Shown piece after piece: positions 44,969 through 54,302 of a stretch of 64,000 nt of DNA. The position numbers and the translations under genes were made by a program. Source of the DNA: Alphaproteobacteria bacterium (GTDB lineage: Bacteria; Pseudomonadota; Alphaproteobacteria; SP197); assembly GCA_964291265.2 (NCBI GenBank), contig OZ219747.1:1376001-1440000 (forward strand), in the 5' to 3' direction. The notes under the pieces are model-generated. The model had not been told where the DNA came from. It ran no database searches and saw nothing but the letters and a program-made list of their open reading frames with translations. The first letter of the stretch is position 1. Every line of letters begins with the position of its first letter.

Positions 44969-45916
44969 TCAAGGCCCTTGCTCCGGAGCGCTGCCGCCGC
45001 GGCGGTAGAGTGTGAGATAGGATGGCACCACCAGTTCGAGGGCGGTGGCCTCGATGCCGAGGTCCTTCAGGGTGGCGGCATCCGAAGCCACCACGTTGTC
45101 GTGTTCGAGAAGCAGAGCCTGATCGTGCGTCAACGGCGGCTGCGGCAGGAGCTGGAAGAGGCGTCCCGCGAGGCGCGCGGCGGCGAAGGGCAACGGCAGG
45201 AGCACGACATGCCTGCGGGTCTCGCGGCGTATGAATTCCATGAGATGGCGGAAGGTCGAGACCACGGGGCCGCCAAGTTCGAAGGTTCGTCCCCGGGCAT
45301 CGTCATCGCCGAGCGCGGCGACGATCGCTGCCGCGACATCGTTGACATAGACCGGTTGGAACCGTGTCGCACCGCCGCCGAAGAGAGGGATGACAGGGGA
45401 GCGGGCCGCCATGCGGCCGAACAGATTGAAGAAGCCGTCTTCCGGTCCGAAGACGATACTGGGACGCAGAATGACCGCATGGGGCAGGGCCGTCCTCACA
45501 GCGTTCTCTCCCGAGGCCTTCGAGCGGGCATAGGAGGATCGTGCCCGGTCCGAGGCGCCAATGGCCGAGACATGGACCATGGAGCGCACCCCTGCCGCCG
45601 CCGCCGCCCGGGCAACGTCGCCGGCGCTCTCGCCATGCAGCCTGGCAAAGGTGCGCTGACCTCTTTCGCGGAGTATGCCGACCAGGTTGACCACCGCGTC
45701 GCTTCCTTCGATGCGCTCTCTGACCTGGCGTGCATCGGTGACATCGGTGGCGACGGATACGATCTGCCCGACCTCTCCGGCTGTCTGCAGAAAGGCGGCC
45801 CTGCCTGGCCGGCGCACGGCAACGATGACCCGCCAGCCACGGGCGGCCAGTCGGCGGACGGCATAGCGCCCGATGAAACCGGAACCGCCGAAGACAACAA
45901 CCGTCCCAACAGCCAT
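44969..45916 (-). CDS. Complex I NDUFA9-family NAD-dependent epimerase
   Basis: VFGGSGFIG, VNLVGIL, YARSK, RPSIVFGPED, FQPVYV. Confidence 0.92.
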   Translation of the reverse strand: MAVGTVVVFGGSGFIGRYAVRRLAARGWRVIVAVRRPGRAAFLQTAGEVGQIVSVATDVTDARQVRERIEGSDAVVNLVGILRERGQRTFARLHGESAGDVARAAAAAGVRSMVHVSAIGASDRARSSYARSKASGENAVRTALPHAVILRPSIVFGPEDGFFNLFGRMAARSPVIPLFGGGATRFQPVYVNDVAAAIVAALGDDDARGRTFELGGPVVSTFRHLMEFIRRETRRHVVLLPLPFAAARLAGRLFQLLPQPPLTHDQALLLEHDNVVASDAATLKDLGIEATALELVVPSYLTLYRRGGSAPEQGP

Positions 45917-45993
45917 GAAGACCTCCAGCAAGACCGGTTGCGGATGATTGAACTTCGAGGGCAGGGCGTCAATTGCCAACAGGGTGTTGCCAC

Positions 45994-46023
45994 TTGACAG
46001 GTTTCCCCTGTGCCCACTAGGAG
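45994..46023 (+). promoter_or_regulatory. Probable tRNA promoter
   Basis: Perfect TTGACA 39 bp upstream of tRNA-Leu; -10 is weak. Confidence 0.45.
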
Positions 46024-46032
46024 AGGCGTCGT

Positions 46033-46119
46033 GCCCAGGTGGCGGAATTGGTAGACGCGCAGGTTTCAGGTACCTGTGGGGGAGACCCCGTGGAAGTTCG
46101 AGTCTTCTCCTGGGCACCA
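46033..46119 (+). tRNA. tRNA-Leu(CAG)
   Basis: GCCCAGGTGGCGGAATTGGTAGACGC, CAGGT-TTCAGGT-ACCTG, GTTCGAGTC, CCA. Confidence 0.97.
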
Positions 46120-46245
46120 GCGCCACCCGACCTTGTTCCGGCAGGCCGGTGCGGTTAGCCTTCGCGGTCCCTGTCGTCCTTCAATCCGGGGTCTCTCCGG
46201 GTTCGCAGGCGTGACGGCCCAACCTTCTTCCACCCCGGCTTGCGC

Positions 46246-46857
46246 ATGGCCAACCTTCTTTATCAGGGAGATCTTCCCTCCGGCCTTGAACTCGGGGCCA
46301 CGGTCGCTGTCGATTCCGAGACCATGGGCCTCAAGCCCTTCCGTGACCGTCTTTGCCTCGTCCAGCTTTCCGGTGGTGACGGCAATGCCCATCTCGTGCA
46401 GTTCTCCAGGGACGATCTCGCGGCGCCGCGGCTGCGCGCCCTCCTGACGGACCCGGACACCCTGAAGGTCTTTCACTTCGCCCGGTTCGATCTTGCGGCA
46501 ATCCGCCACCACATGGGTATCGTCGTGTCGCCCGTCTACTGCACCAAGATTGCGTCCCGCCTGGTGCGAACCTTTGCCGAGCGGCACGGCCTCAAGGACC
46601 TGTGCAAGGAACTCCTCGGAGTCGACATCTCCAAACAGATGCAGAGCAGCGACTGGGGGGCGGGAGAACTCTCGAACCGGCAGCTTGACTATGCTGCTGC
46701 GGATGTTCTCCACCTGCATCGGCTGAAGGCGGAGCTCGATCGCCGCCTGGAGCGCGAGGGACGCACGGAACTGGCCGAGGCCCTGTTCCGCTTTCTCCCG
46801 ACCCGCGCCGAGCTCGATCTTCTGGGCTGGAACGATCCGGATATCTTGGACCACTGA
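46246..46857 (+). CDS. rnd: Ribonuclease D-like 3'-5' exonuclease
   Basis: AVDSETMGL, RLCLVQ, FHFARFD, SSDWG, YAAADV. Confidence 0.93.
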   Translation: MANLLYQGDLPSGLELGATVAVDSETMGLKPFRDRLCLVQLSGGDGNAHLVQFSRDDLAAPRLRALLTDPDTLKVFHFARFDLAAIRHHMGIVVSPVYCTKIASRLVRTFAERHGLKDLCKELLGVDISKQMQSSDWGAGELSNRQLDYAAADVLHLHRLKAELDRRLEREGRTELAEALFRFLPTRAELDLLGWNDPDILDH

Positions 46858-46861
46858 TCCG

Positions 46862-47512
46862 ATGGCCCACCCGCCTGCAGACGGCCTCGCTCCCGAAGAC
46901 GTTCTGCCGCATCCCCGGCACCGCTCCCTGCTGCGCTACACGCGCATCGTCCGCCTGCTGCGCTGGCTGTTGCCGTTGTGTGCTCTGGCCCTGGCGGCCT
47001 TTCTGCTGCTGTGGCCGACCTTCAACATCATCGAGCTGCCCGATGTCATCCCGATCCGTGGACTTGAACAACCGACAGCCGAGCGCTCGACCATGACCAA
47101 CGTCAGGTTCCTTGGAACGGACAGCGACGGCCGGCCCTTCACCATCAACGCCGAAAGGGCCTGGCATGATTCGGACAGGGGCGAAACGGTGTTTCTCGAG
47201 GGCGTGAGCGGTTCCATTGCGATCGGCGAAGGGCAATGGACGTCCTTGCGGGCCGACAGCGGTTACTTTGGACAGGAGCCCCAGGTGCTCACCCTTGAAT
47301 CCTCCGTTCAGGTCACGTCAAGCGGTGGATATCGCCTGGAAAGCGAGCGCGTTCTCATCGACATGAAGAAGGGGACGGCGCGCAGTGATGCCATGATCAG
47401 GGGCACCGGTCCGTCGGGAGGTCTCGAGGCGGAGGGTTTCGAGGTCAACGACCATGGCGGGAAGTTCACGTTTTCCGGCAACGTGCAGGTTGTCCTCAAT
47501 CCAGAGGACTGA
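46862..47512 (+). CDS. lptC: LPS export protein LptC
   Basis: Single TM helix plus beta-jellyroll; upstream of lptA/lptB. Confidence 0.85.
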   Translation: MAHPPADGLAPEDVLPHPRHRSLLRYTRIVRLLRWLLPLCALALAAFLLLWPTFNIIELPDVIPIRGLEQPTAERSTMTNVRFLGTDSDGRPFTINAERAWHDSDRGETVFLEGVSGSIAIGEGQWTSLRADSGYFGQEPQVLTLESSVQVTSSGGYRLESERVLIDMKKGTARSDAMIRGTGPSGGLEAEGFEVNDHGGKFTFSGNVQVVLNPED

Positions 47513-47739
47513 CAGGTGCCGATGCGGCATTGGAGGATCGGCGTCAGGATCGCGGTCGAGTGCCTGTTGAAGCATCAACGATCATCCAGGCAGGATGCAC
47601 AGGATGGAGGCACATGCACGGATGGTGGTTTTGGCCAGTTTCCACTATACCTTGAGGCAGTGTTCTCCTTCGGGGTGTCCGTGAGCATGCATCACGCATC
47701 CTGGACCATACCCTCCGGTGTTCAACTCGAGAGCCTTCC

Positions 47740-48246
47740 ATGAACAAACTCGAGAGCTTCGTGGTCATCGGTGTTCTTGGTCTTCTTGCGGTGTGGCCGG
47801 CAGCCGCACAGATGTTCTCGATCAGCGACTACAACAGCGGCCAGCCGATCGAGGTGTCGGCTGACAGTGTCGATGTCGATTCGGAGTCGCGGGATGTCAC
47901 GTTGAACGGCGGTGTCCAGGTCATTCAGGGTGAGTTGACCGTACGCGCCGACAGCATGGTCGTGCATTATGGTGATGACGGAGACGGCAATCGGGTCGAG
48001 TCCATCCGGGCGACCGGCGACGTCGTGGTTCTCACCGCCGACGGGACAGCGCATGGCGATGCCGGTCTGTGGTCGGTAGCGGAGGGAGTCGTCGTCCTCG
48101 AGAGGAATGTACGACTGGTGAACGATGATGCCATTCTGACGGGCGCCAGGATGACGCTTGATTTGAAGAATGGCCAGGTCAACATCGTTGGCGGAGAGGA
48201 AAGGGTGAACATCCTGCTGAGTGCAGTCGAAGAAGGTGATCAGTGA
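47740..48246 (+). CDS. lptA: LPS transport periplasmic protein LptA
   Basis: Signal peptide, PIEVSAD, OstA-like repeats. Confidence 0.88.
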   Translation: MNKLESFVVIGVLGLLAVWPAAAQMFSISDYNSGQPIEVSADSVDVDSESRDVTLNGGVQVIQGELTVRADSMVVHYGDDGDGNRVESIRATGDVVVLTADGTAHGDAGLWSVAEGVVVLERNVRLVNDDAILTGARMTLDLKNGQVNIVGGEERVNILLSAVEEGDQ

Positions 48247-49007
48247 GCGTGTCCCATGAGAGCGGGCCTGTCCTGGTCAGCCACAACCGGGGTCTCGTCG
48301 CCTCCAACCTGACCAAGAGCTACCGCAAGCGTCCCATCGTCCGCAATGTCAGTCTGAACGTGCATGCCGGCGAGGCCGTGGGCCTCCTCGGGTTGAATGG
48401 TGCGGGCAAGACGACCTGCTTTTACCTCCTCACGGGCCTGGTGGCCGCGGATGCCGGCACGATCATGCTCGATGGCCACGACGTCACGGGATTGCCGATG
48501 TACCGGAGGGCGCGCCTCGGCATCGGCTACCTGCCGCAGGAAGCTTCGATTTTCCGTGGTCTGTCGGTCGAGGCCAACATCAGGGCCGCTCTTGAGGTGG
48601 TCGAGCGTGACTACGATGCCCGCGAGACCAGGCTTGACCTGCTTCTCGCCGAGTTCTCGATATCGCACCTGCGCCGCACCCCCGCCGTGGCTCTTTCGGG
48701 AGGAGAGAGGCGACGCGTCGAAATCGCCCGTGCCCTGGCCTCGCGTCCCTCCATCATGCTGCTCGACGAACCGCTTGCCGGGATTGACCCCATAGCACTC
48801 GGCGACATCCGCGAACTGGTGGCCCAGATCAAGGACAGCGGCATCGGCGTCCTCATCACCGATCACAACGTGCGCGAGACCTTCGGCATCGTCGACCGCG
48901 CCTACATCCTCCACGAGGGCACCATCATCATGGAGGGCCCGCCCGAGGACGTGGCCGCCCACAAGATCGTCCGCGAGGTCTATCTCGGAGACCAGTTCCG
49001 CCTCTAG
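48243..49007 (+). CDS. lptB: LPS export ABC ATPase
   Basis: NGAGKTT, YLPQEASIF, LSGGERRR, ITDHNVRE, VYLG. Confidence 0.96.
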   Translation: MSVSHESGPVLVSHNRGLVASNLTKSYRKRPIVRNVSLNVHAGEAVGLLGLNGAGKTTCFYLLTGLVAADAGTIMLDGHDVTGLPMYRRARLGIGYLPQEASIFRGLSVEANIRAALEVVERDYDARETRLDLLLAEFSISHLRRTPAVALSGGERRRVEIARALASRPSIMLLDEPLAGIDPIALGDIRELVAQIKDSGIGVLITDHNVRETFGIVDRAYILHEGTIIMEGPPEDVAAHKIVREVYLGDQFRL

Positions 49008-49286
49008 CTGAACCGGTCAGTCGCGCCTTCCGCCTGCCGGGAGACAGGGAGACGACCGCCACCGTCTTCAAGCGGGCTCGGTGCAGGTCATCGAGCCCGC
49101 GCCGAGCCGTGCCCGACAGCCGCTCCGGCGGCCCATTCGACCCGTTGTTGACGGGTGAACACGGCACCGTCACGTGTGCCCGGTGTCGGCCACATCCGAC
49201 TCGTCCAGATCCCCGGCGAATTCACTGTTGTCCGCCTTGCCGGGCCGCCCTGTCAGAAGTTTCAGACATCCTGACATTGGACGAGG

Positions 49287-49501
49287 GTAAGCGTTCGGCC
49301 GTGTCGTGATGGCTGATTTTGGTTGGTTTGGGGTTTGCTGACAATCGTCTGAAAAAAAGTTGGTAACGCGGACGCTGCGATACGCACAAGAAATCCGACA
49401 AGCCAAAAAAGGACATCTGACTGAGGCCTCTCCGCAAGGACCGGAAATGCATCCTCAACCGGTGAATATCACCAACAATCACCGCGTGACCGAACGCTTG
49501 C
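49287..49501 (+). mobile_element. 215-bp internal-deletion derivative of IS66 element C
   Basis: Left about 80 bp matches 22659 onward; right about 135 bp matches the DUF4338 3' end and right IR. Confidence 0.88.
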
Positions 49502-49527
49502 ACCTGCGGAATGCTGGTCTCTGTCGG

Positions 49528-49872
49528 TTACTTTGGAGAGAAATAACGCTGTCGGCATCGATTCGCGCACAACCACGACAAGGTTCTGGTGTACAATCCC
49601 GAGACCGACAGCAATCCGAATCCCTCAGGATCTTGGTGTAGAATGATCCTGGCCTGCGACGCCGGATGTCGGATCTCCCGATACGATAATGCCAACGTGA
49701 CCAGGTCCTTCAGACAACCCGAAAGCTGCCAACGACCGGTCGCATCCCGGAACGAAAACTCCTCGCAGACCCGACGGTCGTAACACCGTTCCTTCAACAG
49801 GATGACAGAAACGCGCGCGGGCAGGATGTGAAGAATGCTGGATCGTGCCGTCATGACAGCAGGCCGCATCAA
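49528..49872 (-). pseudogene. Fragment resembling the N-terminus of DUF4338-IS4 fusion transposases
   Basis: RRVCEEFSFRDATGRWQLSGCLKDL. Confidence 0.5.
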
Positions 49873-50084
49873 ATCCTACGCCGCGTCCAGCAGCCTCCAT
49901 TCATCGTGTCATGGCAGGTCCAGTTGCCGTCGTCCATGTTCCTCATGCCAACGAGGTCGGCGAGCACCGCGTCGACATCCTCCTCGCCGGCGCGGATTTC
50001 CAAACCGCGCGCGAGACAGGCCCGCGTCGTACGCGGCCGCCACGCCCGGTCCCAAGACGCCCCATTTTCCCTCCCGTCCCGCGG

Positions 50085-51243
50085 TTACAGGCTCTCGGTC
50101 AGTTCCCGCATGGCGGCGCCGAACACCGCGTCGCGCCACGGTTGGAAGCGTTGGCGGGCGGATTCGACGGACTCGTTGTGAAAAAAGAGGAACCCTTCCT
50201 CTGTCAAAGGAACCAGGCTTGAATTCTGCACGTCTTCTTCGTCGCTGTCCCGGAACTCCAGAAACGGCGCGCATATCAGAGTTCCGTTGAACTCCCGTCC
50301 GATACCGTGAACGGCGAAGACAAGTTTCGCGCGACGTCGCCAATACATGTTCAGAGATACCCAGTGCCTGAACTCACCGAGATTGGCACAATATTTCAAC
50401 TGTTCCCTGGCATTCCTGACAATCTGGTGCCGAAAGTAGTAACTTGTGGAGTCGTCCGCCTCCGTCACCGACACCTTGCTGTCCAAATGTATCCTCTGCA
50501 ATGCGCTCCTTATCGCTCCACCATGCTGTTCCAACCAGCAGCGCAACTCGCGGGAGACCTCTTCGGCGACTTCCACAACCGACTCGCGGTCCTTCTTTTC
50601 TGCATCCGCCGTCTTTTGTGCCGCTACCGCCAGCCCGGAGAGAATTTCCGCAACGCTGTTCCGTTCTCTGAGGACAAGTTCAGAGAGTGCAACAGCCTTG
50701 ACGAATTGACGGTTCTGCAGACGGACAACGAGATCGACAAGAGGCTTGAGTGAACCACCATCGGCTGCTTCCAAGGAATCGATGTAAGCTGATCTGTGAT
50801 CCCGCGTGACAACAAACGGAAACAATCCATCCTGCACCAAGACGAGTGATGCCAATGCTCGGGCAACCCGGCCATTTCCGTCCTGGAACGGGTGAATCTG
50901 TGTGAATCGGTGATGCAGCCAGGCGACTTGAATTTCCAGCGGAAGTTCCGACTTCCGGTGAACCTTGTGCATCGAGATCAATCTCTCCATTTCGCTGGAT
51001 ACCTGTTCCGGAGAGCAGTACTCATACTGTATGCCTTCACGAATCGGCGAATTCTTCTGCTTCTTCCAGTCTCCTCGAACGAGGGGCACTTCTACATGCC
51101 GTCCCAGAGAATCAGTTGCTTCGGTGAACTTCTGGCTGCGGAGCAGCGCCCCGTGCAGTTCCTTGACCCAGGACGTCGACAGCATCCGCGTCTGCTTTAC
51201 GAAATCGAATACGCCATCCAGGGCGTCCTTTTGGTCCCGAATC
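50085..51243 (-). pseudogene. Fic-family protein, C-terminal part
   Basis: HPFQDGNGRVAR motif; joins in frame with 53700-54039 when element B is removed. Confidence 0.92.
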
Positions 51244-51487
51244 GTAACTACTCACCCCCTACTGATGACGGATCGTTTTTCCTGACGGGTTCGGATCCGG
51301 CATTTTCTCTTGCCGCCTTCACTTGCTCGCTGCCGATGATCGGATGTGCGTGTTCCGACTGACAAGAAGCGGATCGATCTTCGGCTTCAGCTCCACGTTC
51401 CGGCCTTGTATGACCAGGTTTTGTCCCCGTGATGATGCAATCATCCACAGCGGTTGGCTGCCTTTCCAATCCTCTGGAGATATGCGC

Positions 51488-51516
51488 TTGACATTGTAGG
51501 AGGGGCACTCTACATG
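51488..51516 (+). promoter_or_regulatory. sigma70-like promoter of element B MTase
   Basis: TTGACA-N17-TACATG containing the dyad TGTAG-N10-CTACA. Confidence 0.6.
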
Positions 51517-51547
51517 CTGGCCATCGGGGCGGTTTGCGTCGGAGATA

Positions 51548-52225
51548 TTGATGGCGGCATGGTACGGATCGAAGGCGACGACGGGTCTGAGCCAGGCGAT
51601 CGTCGCGGCCATGCCGCCGCATGACGTGTACATCGAGGCGTTCCTTGGGGGCGGCGCGATCATGAAGCGCAAGCCTCCGGCGCTACGCAGCATCGGCATC
51701 GACCTCAACCGACGGGCGATCGACACCTTCCGCTGTGACTATCCGGTGGAGCTTCACCAAGGCTGCGCCCTGCGTTTTCTCGAGACCTTCGCCTTCCAGG
51801 GCCGCGAGCTGGTCTACTGCGACCCGCCTTACGTGCAGTCGACGCGCCGGTCGCAGCGCCGCTACCGCTTCGACTGCACGGACGATGACCATGTTGCGCT
51901 CCTCGACATCCTGACGTCGCTGCCCTGCCAGGTGATGATCTCCGGCTATCCCTCGCGGCTCTACGACACGCACCTCGCCGGCTGGCGCTCGGCCGAGGTC
52001 CAGGTCAACAACCAGGCCTGCGTTGTCACCGAGAAGCTGTGGTTCAACTTCGCACCGGGCCGGCCGCACTGGCATACGTGTGCGGGCAGGAACTCGATCG
52101 ACCGCCAGCGCATCAAGCGCCTCGCAGAGAGCTGGGCGCGGCGCTACCGGACGATGCCCGAAGGCGAGCGGCTCGCCGTGCTGGCGGCTGTCATGGCGGT
52201 GGAGGCGTCGTCATGGCGAGCGTGA
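51548..52225 (+). CDS. Compact Dam-like (D12 class) DNA adenine methyltransferase
   Basis: WYGSK, EAFLGGGA, GIDLN, LVYCDPPY, MISGY, TEKLWFNF; full-length homolog of 2580-3248. Confidence 0.9.
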   Translation: MMAAWYGSKATTGLSQAIVAAMPPHDVYIEAFLGGGAIMKRKPPALRSIGIDLNRRAIDTFRCDYPVELHQGCALRFLETFAFQGRELVYCDPPYVQSTRRSQRRYRFDCTDDDHVALLDILTSLPCQVMISGYPSRLYDTHLAGWRSAEVQVNNQACVVTEKLWFNFAPGRPHWHTCAGRNSIDRQRIKRLAESWARRYRTMPEGERLAVLAAVMAVEASSWRA

Positions 52226-53691
52226 ACGGCACGTCTGTGCGCCAGGAGGCCGACGTCTTCCAGAAGCAGTTCCAGGATCTCCGCAAGCAGGGCAAGGTCA
52301 ACCAGGAGTGCGAGGAGCTCTTCCGCGGCATGCTGATGCTGATAAAGCTGTTGCTGACCGTGCTCATGGAGAAGATCACACGCAAGACAAGCCGGAACTC
52401 CGGTCTGCCGCCATCGCAGACTGACAAGGACGAGAGCGCGAGGCGCACCGGGAGCCACGGCAAGGGCCCGAAACCGAACCAGCAGACGGGCGACAACCTG
52501 CGCACGACCACCGTCGAGGAGACGATCGTCGTCGATGCCTGCGACGCCTGCGGCGCCGACCTCCACGATGTCGACCCCGTCGACCGGGAGTGCCGCGTCC
52601 TCTACGACATCGTGTTCGAAGTCGTCGAGCGCCGCGTCGAAGCCGAGATCAAGGAATGCCCGAAGTGCCGGACCCGGACCAAGGGCCGGTTCCCAGACAA
52701 CATGCCGGGCCCCCTGCAGTATGGCGTCAGCATCCAGGCCCTCGTCATCAACCTGCTGATCGCCCAGATGCTGTCCCTGCGTCGTGCCGTCTCGCTCGTG
52801 CACGCGATCTCCGGCATCAAGCTCTCCGAGGCGACCTGCCTCGGCTATGTCCGGCGCTTTCACGATGCCCTCGCATCATGGGAGGAGGCCGCCGTGGCCC
52901 ATCTCCTGCAACAACCGGCCCTGCATGTCGACGAGACCGGCTTCCGGGTCGCCGGCAAGACCCAATGGCTCCATGTCGTCACCGACGGCACCCTGACGTG
53001 CAAGTTCCCGCACCCCAAGCGCGGCCGGGAGGCGATCGAAGAGATCGGCATCATCCCGCGCTACAAGGGCGTCCTGATCCACGACTGCTGGGCTGCCTAC
53101 ATGGGCTACGATCAATGCCGCCACCAACTGTGCGGCAGCCATCTCCTGCGCGAACTGACCTTCGTCGTCGAGTCCAACGGCTACCGCTGGGCGCGACTGA
53201 TGAAAAGCCTGCTGCGCGAGGTCTCCCGCAGGGTCAACAAGAGCGCATCCAAGACCTTGAACGAGGCCGACCGCCGGGCCGTGCGCAAGCGCTACCGCAC
53301 CATCCTCACCCAGGGCGCCAGGGAACTGCCCGACATCCCGCCACGGACGAAAGGAAAACGGGGACGCATCGCAAAGTCCGACGCGCACAACCTGCATGAA
53401 CGTCTCGTGAAACACGAGAAGTCCGTCCTGCGCTTCATGAAGGACCCCAATGTCAGTTTCACAAATAATACCGGAGAGCAGAAGATCAGGATGACAAAGG
53501 TCAAGATCAAGGTGTCCGGATGTTTCCGTACCATGCCCCACGCCAAAGCATGGTGCCGCGGCTCAAGCTACCTCACCACCATGGACGCACTCGGCTACAA
53601 CCCTCACGTCGCCATCCACATCGCCCTCGACGGAAAGGCCGTAGACATCCTCAACCAGCACTACGGACAACCAGACCCTAACAAGGGGTGA
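52213..53691 (+). CDS. tnpC: IS66 transposase TnpC, intact
   Basis: NSGLPPSQ, CxxC pairs, HVDETG, IHDCW, CGSHLLREL, FTNNTGE, KVSGCFR; GGAGG RBS inside the MTase 3' end. Confidence 0.94.
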   Translation: MASVNGTSVRQEADVFQKQFQDLRKQGKVNQECEELFRGMLMLIKLLLTVLMEKITRKTSRNSGLPPSQTDKDESARRTGSHGKGPKPNQQTGDNLRTTTVEETIVVDACDACGADLHDVDPVDRECRVLYDIVFEVVERRVEAEIKECPKCRTRTKGRFPDNMPGPLQYGVSIQALVINLLIAQMLSLRRAVSLVHAISGIKLSEATCLGYVRRFHDALASWEEAAVAHLLQQPALHVDETGFRVAGKTQWLHVVTDGTLTCKFPHPKRGREAIEEIGIIPRYKGVLIHDCWAAYMGYDQCRHQLCGSHLLRELTFVVESNGYRWARLMKSLLREVSRRVNKSASKTLNEADRRAVRKRYRTILTQGARELPDIPPRTKGKRGRIAKSDAHNLHERLVKHEKSVLRFMKDPNVSFTNNTGEQKIRMTKVKIKVSGCFRTMPHAKAWCRGSSYLTTMDALGYNPHVAIHIALDGKAVDILNQHYGQPDPNKG

Positions 53692-53699
53692 GTAGTTAC

Positions 53700-54039
53700 C
53701 CCGAATCAACTGCAAGACAAATTCACGCGGTCGATTCGTGGTTCCGTGGGCAAGAAGTTCGGCTCGGAAACCCTGTTCGATCAAGGTTTGCGTGACGCCG
53801 CGATCGATGTCGTAGAGACCTTCGATGATCCCAGTCTCGATCGCCCATTCGCGGCTCAGTTTCTCGGTGAAATCGGCAAGCATCGGCGTCCCCCGAAGCC
53901 GGTCTCGCTGTTCTTGCCAGACAGCCTTGATGCCGGACATTTCCGCGCTCGCCATGGCCTTGATGTCGTCTGCATTTTCCGAATCGATGTCCTGAATTCC
54001 CGTGGCGGGATTCCAGATGTGCTTGATTACCAACGTCAT
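53700..54039 (-). pseudogene. Fic-family protein, N-terminal part
   Basis: REWAIETGIIEGLY; reads LQLIR|DQKDALD across the excised IS. Confidence 0.88.
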
Positions 54040-54199
54040 GAATTCTCTCTTGCTGAATGTCCCGCCCTGTGTTGAAACTCGTCTGAGAGTGCCGCTTCGT
54101 GATGGTAGGTTACGCTGCGTCCTTGATCTGGTCAAGCTTGCAGCTCTGACGATGCGAAGTCAGAGCCTTTTTGAGCGGAGGCATTTGGCATCTACACAT

Positions 54200-54302
54200 C
54201 CCCCTACTGAGGACGAATCGTTTTTCCTGACGGGTTCGGATCCGGCATTTTCTCTTGCCGCCTTCACTTGCTCGCTTCCGATGACCGGATGTGCGTGTTC
54301 CG
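54200..54302 (+). repeat. Relic of the left-end region of element B
   Basis: Near-identical to 51255-51357; terminal IR missing; ends at intron copy 3. Confidence 0.85.

Larger units (their letters stand above)
51244..53699 (+). mobile_element. IS66-family element B (methyltransferase + tnpC), complete
   Basis: Perfect 15-bp IRs GTAACTACTCACCCC / GGGGTGAGTAGTTAC; 8-bp duplication CCCGAATC at 51236-51243 and 53700-53707. Confidence 0.96.

Noticed and set aside
51548-52225. Restriction-modification system
   Set aside because: No endonuclease or specificity subunit near either MTase; both are bounded by IS ends.
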